From the NCBI GenBank assembly GCA_019038745.1, contig JAHOYV010000046.1:32431-96430 (forward strand): a stretch of 64,000 bases of DNA, written 5' to 3'. The translations under genes and the position numbers were made by a program. Below the pieces are notes generated by a model. It saw only the letters and a list, made by a program, of their open reading frames with translations. It searched no databases and was not told the origin of the DNA. Positions 9,128 to 18,541 of the stretch are shown in pieces; position 1 is the first letter of the stretch, and each line of letters begins with the position of its first letter. Source of the stretch: Gemmatimonadales bacterium (GTDB taxonomy: Bacteria > Krumholzibacteriota > Krumholzibacteriia > LZORAL124-64-63).

Positions 9128-10176
9128 TGCTCCGGTGGAATACACACCGACACGCGGGGATAGGTTTCCTGCTGGTGGGTACCTGGTTGGCGGCAAATAG
9201 TTTCCCCTTTCCTGCACAAGCCCAGGACCTTGTCTTTCCTGCCCCACCGGCCGAGGCCCGACTGGCCTACCTCGGTGAGATTTCCGACCTGGAGGCGTTC
9301 AGCAAGCCCCGAAACCTCATCGGCAAACTGACGGATTGGATCGCCGGAGGCAGACAGAAGCCACAATTGATTCAGCCTCACGGAGTAGGCCTGGGCGATG
9401 ACGCTCTGCTGGTAGCGGACCCGGAAACGGGCTTCGTTCACTACTTTTCCCTGGCTGATTCCACCTGGAAACGGATCCCGGCGAAGAACAGGCTGCACTC
9501 GCCAGTGGATGCCGCATCGGGACCGGACGGGGTGATCTTCATCTCGGATTCCGGGGCAGCCCAGGTAGTGGCCTGTGACAAGAACGGCGAAATCCTCTTT
9601 GCCTGCGACGGCCCTTTTGTCCGTCCCACCGGTCTGGCCTTCGACCAAGGCAGCGGACGCCTGCTTGTCGCCGATGCCGCCGCCCACCACCTGGTTTGGG
9701 TTGATCCGGACGGTAGCCGGTTGGGAACAATCGGGTGCCGGGGCACGGAGCCCGGGGAGTTCAACTTCCCCATCGACATTGCACTGACCTCCACGGGAAA
9801 CATTCTGGTCCTGGATGCCCTTAACTTTCGAATCCAGGTTCTGGATGGAGACGGGAATTTCGTGCGGGAATTCGGAGTCCAGGGCGATTCACCCGGCCGT
9901 TTCTCCAGACCACGCGGCCTTTGTGCCGACGCGGCAGACAACATCCTGGTTACGGACGCCCTGCAGGACAATTTCCAGATCTTCGACGCCACCGGACGTT
10001 TGTTACTGGCTGTGGGCGGCACGGGCCGGGATCCTGGATCGTTCTGGATGCCCGCGGGAATCTGCGCCGGGACCGATGGTCGCATTTTCGTAGCCGACGC
10101 CTACAATCGCCGGGTCCAGGTCTTTGCCTACCTGGCATCGTCCGGGCAGGACGGGCCGGAAGAAGGATCAGAATAA
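9127..10176 (+). CDS. NHL-repeat beta-propeller protein
   Basis: Signal peptide; repeats EFNFPIDIALT, FSRPRGLCAD, FWMPAGICAG..IFVADAYNRRVQVF. Confidence 0.9.
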   Translation: MLRWNTHRHAGIGFLLVGTWLAANSFPFPAQAQDLVFPAPPAEARLAYLGEISDLEAFSKPRNLIGKLTDWIAGGRQKPQLIQPHGVGLGDDALLVADPETGFVHYFSLADSTWKRIPAKNRLHSPVDAASGPDGVIFISDSGAAQVVACDKNGEILFACDGPFVRPTGLAFDQGSGRLLVADAAAHHLVWVDPDGSRLGTIGCRGTEPGEFNFPIDIALTSTGNILVLDALNFRIQVLDGDGNFVREFGVQGDSPGRFSRPRGLCADAADNILVTDALQDNFQIFDATGRLLLAVGGTGRDPGSFWMPAGICAGTDGRIFVADAYNRRVQVFAYLASSGQDGPEEGSE

Positions 10177-11897
10177 TGATGAGCCGAATCTCTCGTGTTT
10201 GTCTCTTGCTGACAGGGCTGGCGTGTTTGGCCTGGTTGATCCCAGCCGTCCAGGTCGGAAGCGCCCGGGCGGATGTCGTGAACACCCGCCACAACCTCTC
10301 GGTCAGTGGTCCGGGTACGGTGAAGGCCCTTGAGGAGACCCGAGTCTGCGTTTTTTGTCACACGCCACACTCGGCTTCGACCGAGGCCCAGCTCTGGAAT
10401 CGCAACTCTTCGGCCGCCGGCTACACACCCTACACCTCCTCCACCCTGGACGCCCTTGCCGGCCAACCAACCGGATCCTCTCGATTGTGTCTGGGTTGCC
10501 ACGATGGAACCATCGCCCTGGGATCGGTGATCAGCGAATCGACGGTAATCACCATGGCCGGCGGAGTAACGGTGATGCCGGACGGTGACACCAATCTGAA
10601 CGTCGACCTGCACGACGACCATCCGTTTTCCTTCCTCTATGACGCCGCCTTGGCTGCCTCCGACGGCCAACTCATCGACCCGGCCGTCCTTCCGGCCGAA
10701 ACCGTCCTGGACCCCTCCGGCGAAATCCAGTGCACCACTTGTCACGATCCGCACGACGACGCAAACGGCTTCTTCCTGGTGTTGCCGGGGGACGACGCCG
10801 GCCTCTGCGAAGCCTGCCACAGTCCCGACCAGTGGGCTTCGGCATCCCACAACACTCCACTGCTCCGTAAAATCCATTCCCCAGCCGCCACCGCGACGGC
10901 AACCGACTCCGCACACGACAAGGGCATACCATCGACCAACAGCTGTCTGAACTGTCACGACGCTCACGGCGGCGACGGCGGTGCTCGTCTGTTGGCCTTC
11001 GCCCGGGAAGAAGAAGGGTGCATTGTCTGCCACGGAGTCACCGGGCCCGCTTCGGACATCGAATCGGAACTGGGAAAGTTCTCCGCCCACCCGGTGGCGC
11101 TGACCGACGGCGTGCACGACCCCAGAGAGGCCCTACCGATAGCTTCGGCCCACGTAGAATGCGTTGACTGCCACAATCCCCATGCCACCCGCGCCGAGGC
11201 AACCAATGCCCCCGACGTACCCGGTGCACTTTCCGGAGTGCGGGGCCTGAACGGGGACAACGTGACGGTCGAGGAAGCGGCCTACACCTACGAGGTCTGC
11301 TACAAATGCCATGCCGGATCCGCTTGGAGACCGGGCCCGGCCACACCGCGCCAGGTGGTGCAATCCAACTCGATGTTGGAATTCGATCCTGGCAACCCCT
11401 CCTTCCACCCGGTGGAGGGACCGGGAAACAACCCCAACGTGCCCAGCCTGTTGCACCCCTACACCGAAACCAGCATCATCACCTGTACCGACTGCCACAA
11501 CAGCAGCGGCGATTCCCCCGCGGGCCTCCACGGATCGGATTTCCCCCACCTGTTGGGCTGGAACTACGAAACCGCCCAGGGCACCATCGAAAGCTACGAA
11601 GCCTACGAACTTTGTTACCGCTGCCATGACCGGACAACGATATTATCCAACGCCAGCTGGCAATCCCACCGCAAGCATGTGGTCAACGAGGGCTTCTCCT
11701 GCAACTCCTGCCACGATCCACACGGTATCAGCGCCACCCAGGGCGACGAATCAAACCACTCCCGGCTGATCAATTTTGATCTGACCTACGTGGAACCCGA
11801 AGATGATACCGGTTTGCTGGAATTCGTGGACAACGGGGGATTCGGCACCTGTACCCTGAAGTGCCATGGGGATAATCATCGCGACAAGAACTGGTAG
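10176..11897 (+). CDS. ~12-heme cytochrome c with N-terminal OmcE-like tetraheme domain
   Basis: Start ATG 10176 or 10179 (TAATG overlap); signal peptide; 11 CXXCH plus terminal CTLKCH; first four hemes colinear with the 4727-5395 product. Confidence 0.9.
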   Translation: MMSRISRVCLLLTGLACLAWLIPAVQVGSARADVVNTRHNLSVSGPGTVKALEETRVCVFCHTPHSASTEAQLWNRNSSAAGYTPYTSSTLDALAGQPTGSSRLCLGCHDGTIALGSVISESTVITMAGGVTVMPDGDTNLNVDLHDDHPFSFLYDAALAASDGQLIDPAVLPAETVLDPSGEIQCTTCHDPHDDANGFFLVLPGDDAGLCEACHSPDQWASASHNTPLLRKIHSPAATATATDSAHDKGIPSTNSCLNCHDAHGGDGGARLLAFAREEEGCIVCHGVTGPASDIESELGKFSAHPVALTDGVHDPREALPIASAHVECVDCHNPHATRAEATNAPDVPGALSGVRGLNGDNVTVEEAAYTYEVCYKCHAGSAWRPGPATPRQVVQSNSMLEFDPGNPSFHPVEGPGNNPNVPSLLHPYTETSIITCTDCHNSSGDSPAGLHGSDFPHLLGWNYETAQGTIESYEAYELCYRCHDRTTILSNASWQSHRKHVVNEGFSCNSCHDPHGISATQGDESNHSRLINFDLTYVEPEDDTGLLEFVDNGGFGTCTLKCHGDNHRDKNW

Positions 11898-11918
11898 CCG
11901 CCGGGTCAGTCTTCAGGA

Positions 11919-12941
11919 TCAGTCTTCCGGATAACCATCCGGGTTTTCGGACTGCCAACGCCAGGCATCAACACACATCTCGGACAGCCCCTTCTCTGCA
12001 CGCCAGCCGAGCAAGGAAGCAGCCATGGCTGAATCGGCATAACAAGTAGCAATGTCTCCAGCTCGCCGATCGCCAATCCGGTAGGAAATTTCCCGGCCGG
12101 AGGCTTCCCTGCCTGCGGCAATCATCTCCAGGACCGAATACCCCTGGCCGGTGCCCAAATTCACGGCCGTGCAGCCCGGTAATCCAGGCAATTTTTCCAG
12201 GGCGACCAGATGTCCCAAGGCGAGATCAACAACGTGGATATAATCACGGACACCCGTTCCATCCGGCGTTTCGTAATCATCGCCGAAAACAACCACTTCC
12301 TCCCTCAAGCCTACGGCCACCTGCATGACGTAGGGCATCAGATTGTTGGGAATGCCATTGGGATCTTCCCCGATACGTCCACTGGAATGAGCCCCGATGG
12401 GGTTGAAATACCTCAGCAACAAACAGCGCCAGCGATCATCGGCAAGACACTGGTCGCGCAGGATCTCCTCGATGAAATACTTGGTCCGCCCATAGGGGTT
12501 TGTCGTCTGCAGAGGAAAATCCTCGGTGATCGGAACACTAGCCGGATCACCGTAAACAGTTGCCGATGAAGAAAAAACGATGTTCCGGCAATCGTGTTTG
12601 TCCATGGCCTTCATGAGTTCGAATGTACCGTGGAGATTATTCTCGTAGTAGCGCAGGGGTATTTCACAGGATTCGCCAACGGCTTTCAGGCCGGCGAAGT
12701 GGACCACGGCATCGAAAGTGTGTTCCTCGAACACCCTCTCCAAGGCAACCGCATCGCAAAGATCAACCTGACGGAACTCCAGGGATCGGCCGACCAACTC
12801 CTCGACCCGCCGCAGGCTCTCCTGGCTGGAATTGACCAAATTGTCCACAACGACCACATCGTGCCCGGCTTTGAGCAATTCCACGCAGGTATGGCTACCG
12901 ATATAGCCTGCCCCACCGGTTACCAAAATATTCTTTGCCAT
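11919..12941 (-). CDS. galE: UDP-glucose 4-epimerase
   Basis: [50 protein letters not shown]; start chosen 9 nt after AGGAGA. Confidence 0.96.
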   Translation of the reverse strand: MAKNILVTGGAGYIGSHTCVELLKAGHDVVVVDNLVNSSQESLRRVEELVGRSLEFRQVDLCDAVALERVFEEHTFDAVVHFAGLKAVGESCEIPLRYYENNLHGTFELMKAMDKHDCRNIVFSSSATVYGDPASVPITEDFPLQTTNPYGRTKYFIEEILRDQCLADDRWRCLLLRYFNPIGAHSSGRIGEDPNGIPNNLMPYVMQVAVGLREEVVVFGDDYETPDGTGVRDYIHVVDLALGHLVALEKLPGLPGCTAVNLGTGQGYSVLEMIAAGREASGREISYRIGDRRAGDIATCYADSAMAASLLGWRAEKGLSEMCVDAWRWQSENPDGYPED

Positions 12942-13077
12942 AGCCTTCATTCTCCTGGATTGGGTTTTGGGCCCGTCCTGATATTTCCTCAACCACATGT
13001 TTGGAAGTTCGGCCGATAATATTATACCGAAAGAGTTGTTGCCTGCAAATCATGCCTTGATTTCCTATCATTCAATA

Positions 13078-13099
13078 TATTAACTTAGTTAAGTTAATA
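13078..13099. promoter_or_regulatory. Perfect inverted repeat, probable MarR operator
   Basis: TATTAACTTA-GT-TAAGTTAATA, 16 nt upstream of the MarR start, in the divergent galE/marR region. Confidence 0.7.
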
Positions 13100-13115
13100 A
13101 TAAATGAGGTTAACA

Positions 13116-13667
13116 ATGTCTGACGTTTCAGAGATCGACAAAGTTCTACGGGAAAACATCCGAATCATGGCGCAGGTCATCACGGAAGTTTGCCAGCGCA
13201 GCACGCGCAAGCAGGTCAGCCCCTCCACATTGTCCAGGAACCAGTTCTATATCCTGAACATCCTGGGCACCAGTGGGGAATTCCTGATCAGCGATCTGGC
13301 ACGGAGCCTGGACATCAGTCCTGCGGCTGCGAGCAAGAACATTGACCGTTTGGAGCAAATGGAATTCGTTGAACGCCGAGCCCGACCCGAGGACCGGCGC
13401 AGCCTTGAAGTGTGCCTGTTGCCCAAGGGCAAAGCCATCGTGGATGAGTTCAAACTCGTAACAATCGAAAAACAAGCCCCGCTCCTGGCCCAGTTCTCCG
13501 CCGAGGAGAAAGTGGTTCTGCTGGACCTACTGCGGAGAATCGTGAAGTACACCGTGAACGAGGAACACAACACCGAATTGATCTGTCTGCAATGCGGTGG
13601 AGCCTGTGGTGAAGAATGTGTCGTCAAAGACGGTATGGGGCCATGCGCCTTGCCGCCAAAACAATGA
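13116..13667 (+). CDS. MarR-family regulator with Cys-rich C-terminal tail
   Basis: wHTH ISDLARSLDISPAAASKNIDRLEQMEFVER..PEDRRS; tail CLQCGGACGEEC..C; GAGGT RBS before ATG 13116. Confidence 0.88.
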   Translation: MSDVSEIDKVLRENIRIMAQVITEVCQRSTRKQVSPSTLSRNQFYILNILGTSGEFLISDLARSLDISPAAASKNIDRLEQMEFVERRARPEDRRSLEVCLLPKGKAIVDEFKLVTIEKQAPLLAQFSAEEKVVLLDLLRRIVKYTVNEEHNTELICLQCGGACGEECVVKDGMGPCALPPKQ

Positions 13668-13725
13668 CCCTGCTCCAAATCCGGCGTGAATTCAGCCGGA
13701 CCAGGAGCGGAACAGGGAGTTGATC

Positions 13726-14655
13726 ATGGTCAGTCGTCGGGATTTCATGAAAATATCGGGAAGTGTGGCCGGAACTGCCGCCGCGTCCCTGGCCGGAGTA
13801 CAAACGGCCTGCGCGTCGGGGCATCACCTCGAACCGGACCGGATCGGGGTTTTGACCGACTACACCGAGTGTATCGGCTGCCGACGTTGTGAATGGGCCT
13901 GCGCCCAGGAAAACGGACTGCCCTTCGGAGACCTGGAATCCTGCGATGATCAGAGCGTCTTCCAGGAAATGCGACGTCCTGACGAGAGGCAGTATACGGT
14001 TGTGAATCGTTACCCGGCTCCCGAGGGTTCGGACAAGCCCCTGGATGTGAAGGTCAATTGCATGCACTGCGAGCATCCGACTTGCGTCTCGGCCTGCATT
14101 GTTGGAGCCCTCAAGAAGGACCCCATGGGGCCGGTGACCTACGATGCCTCGGCCTGCATCGGCTGCCGCTACTGCATGGTGGCTTGTCCCTTCCAGATCC
14201 CTGCCTACGAGTACCATGATCCTCTGACGCCCAAGGTTCTGAAGTGCACTCTCTGCACCGAACGCACGCTCGAGGAAAACAAAATGCCGGCCTGCGTTGA
14301 GATGTGTCCCAAGGAGGCCCTGACCTTCGGTCGCCGGGAGGATTTGCTGGACTTGGCTCGCGACCGCATCCGCCGCAATCCCGACCGCTACCTACCCCAC
14401 ATCTTCGGAGAATACGACGGTGGCGGCACTTCTTGGCTCATGATCGCCGACCGTGACTTTACCGAGGTGGATTTGCCTGAATTGTCTGACCGCAGCGCAG
14501 CGGAAATAACCGAGGGCATTCAACACGGTATTTTCAGGGGTTTTACAGGTCCCCTGATGGTCTTTGGACTCGTAAGCATCCTGGGCAAATCCATGGGTGA
14601 CCAGGAAGGTCGACTTGACCAGGAAGGTCAGCGTAAGGAGGGCGACAATGAATAA
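13726..14655 (+). CDS. hybA: Tat-exported 4Fe-4S electron-transfer subunit (HybA/HmcB/NrfC family)
   Basis: SRRDFMK Tat motif; CIGCRRCEWAC, CMHCEHPTCVSAC, CIGCRYCMVACP, KCTLC..PACVEMCP; C-terminal TM helix. Confidence 0.88.
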   Translation: MVSRRDFMKISGSVAGTAAASLAGVQTACASGHHLEPDRIGVLTDYTECIGCRRCEWACAQENGLPFGDLESCDDQSVFQEMRRPDERQYTVVNRYPAPEGSDKPLDVKVNCMHCEHPTCVSACIVGALKKDPMGPVTYDASACIGCRYCMVACPFQIPAYEYHDPLTPKVLKCTLCTERTLEENKMPACVEMCPKEALTFGRREDLLDLARDRIRRNPDRYLPHIFGEYDGGGTSWLMIADRDFTEVDLPELSDRSAAEITEGIQHGIFRGFTGPLMVFGLVSILGKSMGDQEGRLDQEGQRKEGDNE

Positions 14656-15943
14656 CCCAATCAACGGCAGCAGCGCAGGCGCCCTGCCCCTGAATGCCCC
14701 CGAGGCAACCGGCCATGGCGACCATGAGGTCTGCCTCCCCCTGGCCGAGCAGGGCCGGGTCCCCTTCATCACGCCGGGAGTCATGGTACTCATGGGCTTT
14801 GCGGCTATCGGGCTCCTCGTTTTGGCCGCCCGGTTCATCTTCGGCATCGGTGCGGTGACCAACCTGGACAACCAGTACCCCTGGGGACTGTGGATCGGCA
14901 TCGACGTGGCTACCGGAGTGGCCCTGGCCGCCGGTGGATTCACAACCGCCTTCATCGCCCACGTCCTGCACCAGAATCGTTACCACGAAATCGTCCGGCC
15001 CGCCTTGTTGACGGCGATGCTCGGCTACACTTTCGTGGCCCTGGGTGTGGTCGTGGATCTGGGCCGCTACTACAACATTTGGCACGTGCTGGTGCCGAAG
15101 TACTGGCAGGGTAATTCAGCCCTCTTCGAAGTGGGTATGTGCGTCTGCATCTACTTGACGGTGCTGTACATCGAGTTCCTGCCCATCGTGTGCGAGCGAT
15201 TCATCGGCCGGATCAACCTGCCGGGCCCCCTTGGAGCATTGAACGGCCCACTGGATAAGATCCTACGCCTGGCTGATGCAGCCTTGAACAAAACCATCAC
15301 GTTCTTCATCATCATGGGCGTCGTCCTGTCCTGTGCTCACCAGTCATCGCTGGGTACCCTGATGGTCATCGCCCCGACCAAGCTACACGCGCTTTGGTAC
15401 ACGCCGATCCTGCCGCTTCAGTTCCTGCTTTCAGCCTTCGCAGTGGGCCTGGCAATGGCCATTTTCGAGTCGCTGATCGCCTCAAGGTCGTTCAAACGGC
15501 CCTTCGAGATGAGCGTTCTGTCGCCGCTGGGACGGATGATTCCCTTCCTGCTGACGATCTATTTCGCAGCCAAGCTCATTGACCTGGTCAACCGCGGCGT
15601 CTTGCCGCTGGCCCTGGAGCCGACCCTCCAGGCAGCGACTTTCTGGATCGAGATCATCGGCGGAGTGCTCCTGCCCATTTTCATCTTCCTGATCCACGGC
15701 TTGCGCCGCCGGCCCGGTTGGCTATTCGCTGCCGCGGCCATGGTGGTCCTGGGCGTGGCCCTGAACAGGGTCAATGTATTCATCATCGGATATAAACCGT
15801 TGTTCGGTGACGGACCCTACGTTCCGGCCATTCCCGAGGTCCTCCTGACCATCGGCTTCATCTCCATCCTGACCCTGGTCTACCGGGCCTGGGTATTCAT
15901 CTTCCCGATTCTCCCGGTAGAAGGAGGTCACGACAATGCGTAG
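14648..15943 (+). CDS. hybB: NrfD/HybB-family quinone-interacting membrane subunit
   Basis: GAVTNLDNQYPWGLWIGIDVATGVALAAGG, VDLGRY, HQSSLG motifs; about 10 TM helices. Confidence 0.88.
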   Translation: MNNPINGSSAGALPLNAPEATGHGDHEVCLPLAEQGRVPFITPGVMVLMGFAAIGLLVLAARFIFGIGAVTNLDNQYPWGLWIGIDVATGVALAAGGFTTAFIAHVLHQNRYHEIVRPALLTAMLGYTFVALGVVVDLGRYYNIWHVLVPKYWQGNSALFEVGMCVCIYLTVLYIEFLPIVCERFIGRINLPGPLGALNGPLDKILRLADAALNKTITFFIIMGVVLSCAHQSSLGTLMVIAPTKLHALWYTPILPLQFLLSAFAVGLAMAIFESLIASRSFKRPFEMSVLSPLGRMIPFLLTIYFAAKLIDLVNRGVLPLALEPTLQAATFWIEIIGGVLLPIFIFLIHGLRRRPGWLFAAAAMVVLGVALNRVNVFIIGYKPLFGDGPYVPAIPEVLLTIGFISILTLVYRAWVFIFPILPVEGGHDNA

Positions 15944-17123
15944 CTTTTCTGCAACAAGACTCATTCTCCTGATGGTGATGTTGATAATCTTCCTGGTTCC
16001 ATTGGCCGCATTCGGAGCCGCATCCGGGACAGCGTCCGACCAAGTGGTAGATAAGGATCACCCCCAGGACAAGATGCATCAGGAAGAAACCGGTCGGAAA
16101 TTGCAGTCCTGCCTGGACTGCCACAAGTGCAAACGCCCCACTCGAAAAGACCCCTGTCTGGTGGCTTGCCCACGCTACGAGAGTCACTTCTTCAGCCAGC
16201 AGCAGGTAGAGGAAAGCCCGGAAATCATCATCATCGATCAGCTTTCCGAATTGTACGGGTCCGTTGTCTTCGCCCACCGCTTACACGCGGAAATGGCCGA
16301 GATGGCGGGCGGTTGCGAAACCTGCCACCACTATTCCGAGCAATCCGGGGTCATCCCACCTTGCCGTGAATGTCACGATGAAGAGCGTAACGTAGTGGAC
16401 CTGTCCAAGCCCGCCCTGAAGGGGGCCTACCACCGGCAGTGCATGAATTGCCACTTGGACTGGAGCCATGAAAACGCCTGCGGCTTCTGCCATGAGCAAG
16501 CCACCGACGAGTTGAGTGCAGTCACACCCGACACCACCGATATCGTGGGCATCCCGCATCCGATCATTGCGGCCACGCCTACCTACACCTACAACACGCC
16601 CCACGAGGACGGCCCCATCGTCACCTTCCACCACAATGACCACGTGGATATGTTTGGTCAGAAGTGTGTGGACTGCCACCGGGGAGACAGTTGCAGTCGC
16701 TGCCACGATGCCGATCGAGAAGAGGCGAAGCCGCTGAATCACATCACGAGCTGCTGCTCCTGCCACGGCAAGCGGGATTGTACGTTCTGCCACAAGGATG
16801 AGGCGATGCCCAACTTCGAGCATGGGTTGTCCACCGGGTGGTCGCTGGAGCCGTATCACACGGGCAAGGACTGCACCTTGTGCCACGGCAAGCCGGATTC
16901 CTTCCGTAAGCCGGAGACCACATGCACTTCCTGCCATATCCACTGGGAGGATGGAGCATTCAACCACGCCGTTACCGGTTTGACGCTGGACGACGACCAT
17001 ATCGACAGCGATTGCGTGGATTGTCACGTTAAGTTGGAGTTTACGATCACTCCCACTTGTGACAACTGCCACGACGAACCCATGCTGCCGGAAAAAATCC
17101 CCGGTCGATTGAAACTGCATTGA
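15936..17123 (+). CDS. 13-heme cytochrome c3-family (HmcA-like) protein
   Basis: Signal peptide; 13 CXXCH; c3-type motifs VVFAHRLH and LKGAYHRQCMNCH. Confidence 0.92.
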   Translation: MRSFSATRLILLMVMLIIFLVPLAAFGAASGTASDQVVDKDHPQDKMHQEETGRKLQSCLDCHKCKRPTRKDPCLVACPRYESHFFSQQQVEESPEIIIIDQLSELYGSVVFAHRLHAEMAEMAGGCETCHHYSEQSGVIPPCRECHDEERNVVDLSKPALKGAYHRQCMNCHLDWSHENACGFCHEQATDELSAVTPDTTDIVGIPHPIIAATPTYTYNTPHEDGPIVTFHHNDHVDMFGQKCVDCHRGDSCSRCHDADREEAKPLNHITSCCSCHGKRDCTFCHKDEAMPNFEHGLSTGWSLEPYHTGKDCTLCHGKPDSFRKPETTCTSCHIHWEDGAFNHAVTGLTLDDDHIDSDCVDCHVKLEFTITPTCDNCHDEPMLPEKIPGRLKLH

Positions 17124-17130
17124 TTTAAAC

Positions 17131-17162
17131 GAATGGGCGGGGTCATACGACCCCGCCCATTC
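17131..17162. terminator. Strong hairpin between convergent genes
   Basis: GAATGGGCGGGGTC-ATAC-GACCCCGCCCATTC, perfect 14-bp stem. Confidence 0.75.
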
Positions 17163-17181
17163 ACATCATAAATTGTAGTAC

Positions 17182-18156
17182 TTAAAAACCCACTACATAC
17201 TGAATGACGGCCAAGTCCTCTAGATTGTCCCCGAACTGGTACTCGCAACGAATCTCGGCCCCCTCGCGCAGAACCCAACCACCACCCAGGCACAGGCGAT
17301 TCGTTTCAGGGTAGACAGCAGCGGGCGAATAGTTGCCATAGCGGGCAAAGACACTGTACTGCTCGAAACGATACAAACCCTGTGCGTAGTATCCCTCGTT
17401 AGTCTCCGGGTGGTCGGTGTTCTGGCCGAGTTTATGCGAAATGAATTCTCCCTTGGCGGAGAAAGCCCCCAATTCGAGCTGTCCATCCACACCCAACAAT
17501 GACTGAAATTCATCGCCGGCTTCATTGGCAACCGAGGCGTATGAAACGCCTACCTCTACCCTCTCGGTGGGCAGAAATCCCAAGCGACTCCCGAAGGCCA
17601 GGTCGGCCGTTTCGGTCTCGGAATCGAGTCCGTTGGTCACATAGAAAACGGCATTGAACGGACCATTCTCCAGATAGCTCATCATGCCCAAATCATTCCA
17701 ACCGTCGTGAGTCCCGGCCACCGCGATTGGCCCGGTTACAAGCTGGCGGTCGATTGAGGGATAGACCAGCCAGTCAATACCAAACGGAACATCGAACTGG
17801 CCAATGATTATGCCGGCGTGCTCAATCGAGGCTTCATTGAAATGGGTCTCAGCGTCGCCGAAGAGACGGAAATCAATGGTCATGGCGCCGAGTACGAAAG
17901 ACTCGCCCGCGGGATCATAGCCCATGGCCACACCCAGATCGATGCAATCGTCAATACTCGCCGCGATATCCACCTCTACTTGTCCCCAAAAAAATCCGGT
18001 ATCTCCCTCTTCGGAATCATCAACGACAACCTGCTGAAAATCAGCAAATCCACAGACGACCAACTCCGGTGCATCCTGCGCGACGGCCGAAGCGGTACAA
18101 AAACACACAACAAATACAAAGGTCAGAATATCGGTACAGCCTTTGCGATTTCCCAT
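17182..18156 (-). CDS. Outer-membrane porin (OprO/P-like beta-barrel)
   Basis: Signal peptide; IIIGQFDVPFGIDW motif typical of this porin class; amphipathic strands; C-terminal YVVGF. Confidence 0.75.
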   Translation of the reverse strand: MGNRKGCTDILTFVFVVCFCTASAVAQDAPELVVCGFADFQQVVVDDSEEGDTGFFWGQVEVDIAASIDDCIDLGVAMGYDPAGESFVLGAMTIDFRLFGDAETHFNEASIEHAGIIIGQFDVPFGIDWLVYPSIDRQLVTGPIAVAGTHDGWNDLGMMSYLENGPFNAVFYVTNGLDSETETADLAFGSRLGFLPTERVEVGVSYASVANEAGDEFQSLLGVDGQLELGAFSAKGEFISHKLGQNTDHPETNEGYYAQGLYRFEQYSVFARYGNYSPAAVYPETNRLCLGGGWVLREGAEIRCEYQFGDNLEDLAVIQYVVGF

Positions 18157-18541
18157 GATTGGATCTCCTTGGGCGGATATTTCAACACGTACACATCATG
18201 TTGTTTTTCGCCAAAAAGTCACAGGACTTGAGATCATGTTGTTGTTATTGGAGTTTTTTGAGAGGGGTGGTCCATATTCTGCCTGAAAGGCCGCCCAAAA
18301 CACTATTCGCGTAATTTCCCTTCCTCCACCACCGCAAGCCGACGAGATGAAACAGCAGGAACTGTACTCTTGCTACAATACTACCTCTTTACCTAGCAAC
18401 TGGTTAGGGCGCCTCATGGGAAATTTAAATATTTTAGCCTTATTTTAAACCATTTATTGTGATATCATGCTATTAATCGAATCTACAACTACCGGGATAT
18501 TTCTTCAATCCCGGACAAAAAACAGCAAAAGGAAAACCTCC

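Noticed and set aside
10128-11117. 329-aa minus-strand ORF and similar shadows across the cytochrome genes
   Set aside because: Opposite strand of clear CXXCH-rich genes; no recognisable domain.
11906-11931. 13-bp tandem near-repeat TCAGTCTTC(A/C)GGA at the galE stop, considered as an att site or target-site duplication
   Set aside because: Copies are adjacent, no integrase or transposase nearby, and no matching copy seen at the other end of the island.
13726-15943. Calling this a [NiFe]-hydrogenase-2 operon
   Set aside because: Only HybA/HybB-like subunits are present; no small or large subunit or maturation genes in the window.
18157-18540. Possible riboswitch or ncRNA in long intergenic regions (also 32650-32816 before guaA and 48418-48781 before rocD)
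   Set aside because: No recognisable c-di-GMP, purine, cobalamin, TPP or T-box consensus by eye; an Rfam/Infernal scan is needed to exclude formally.
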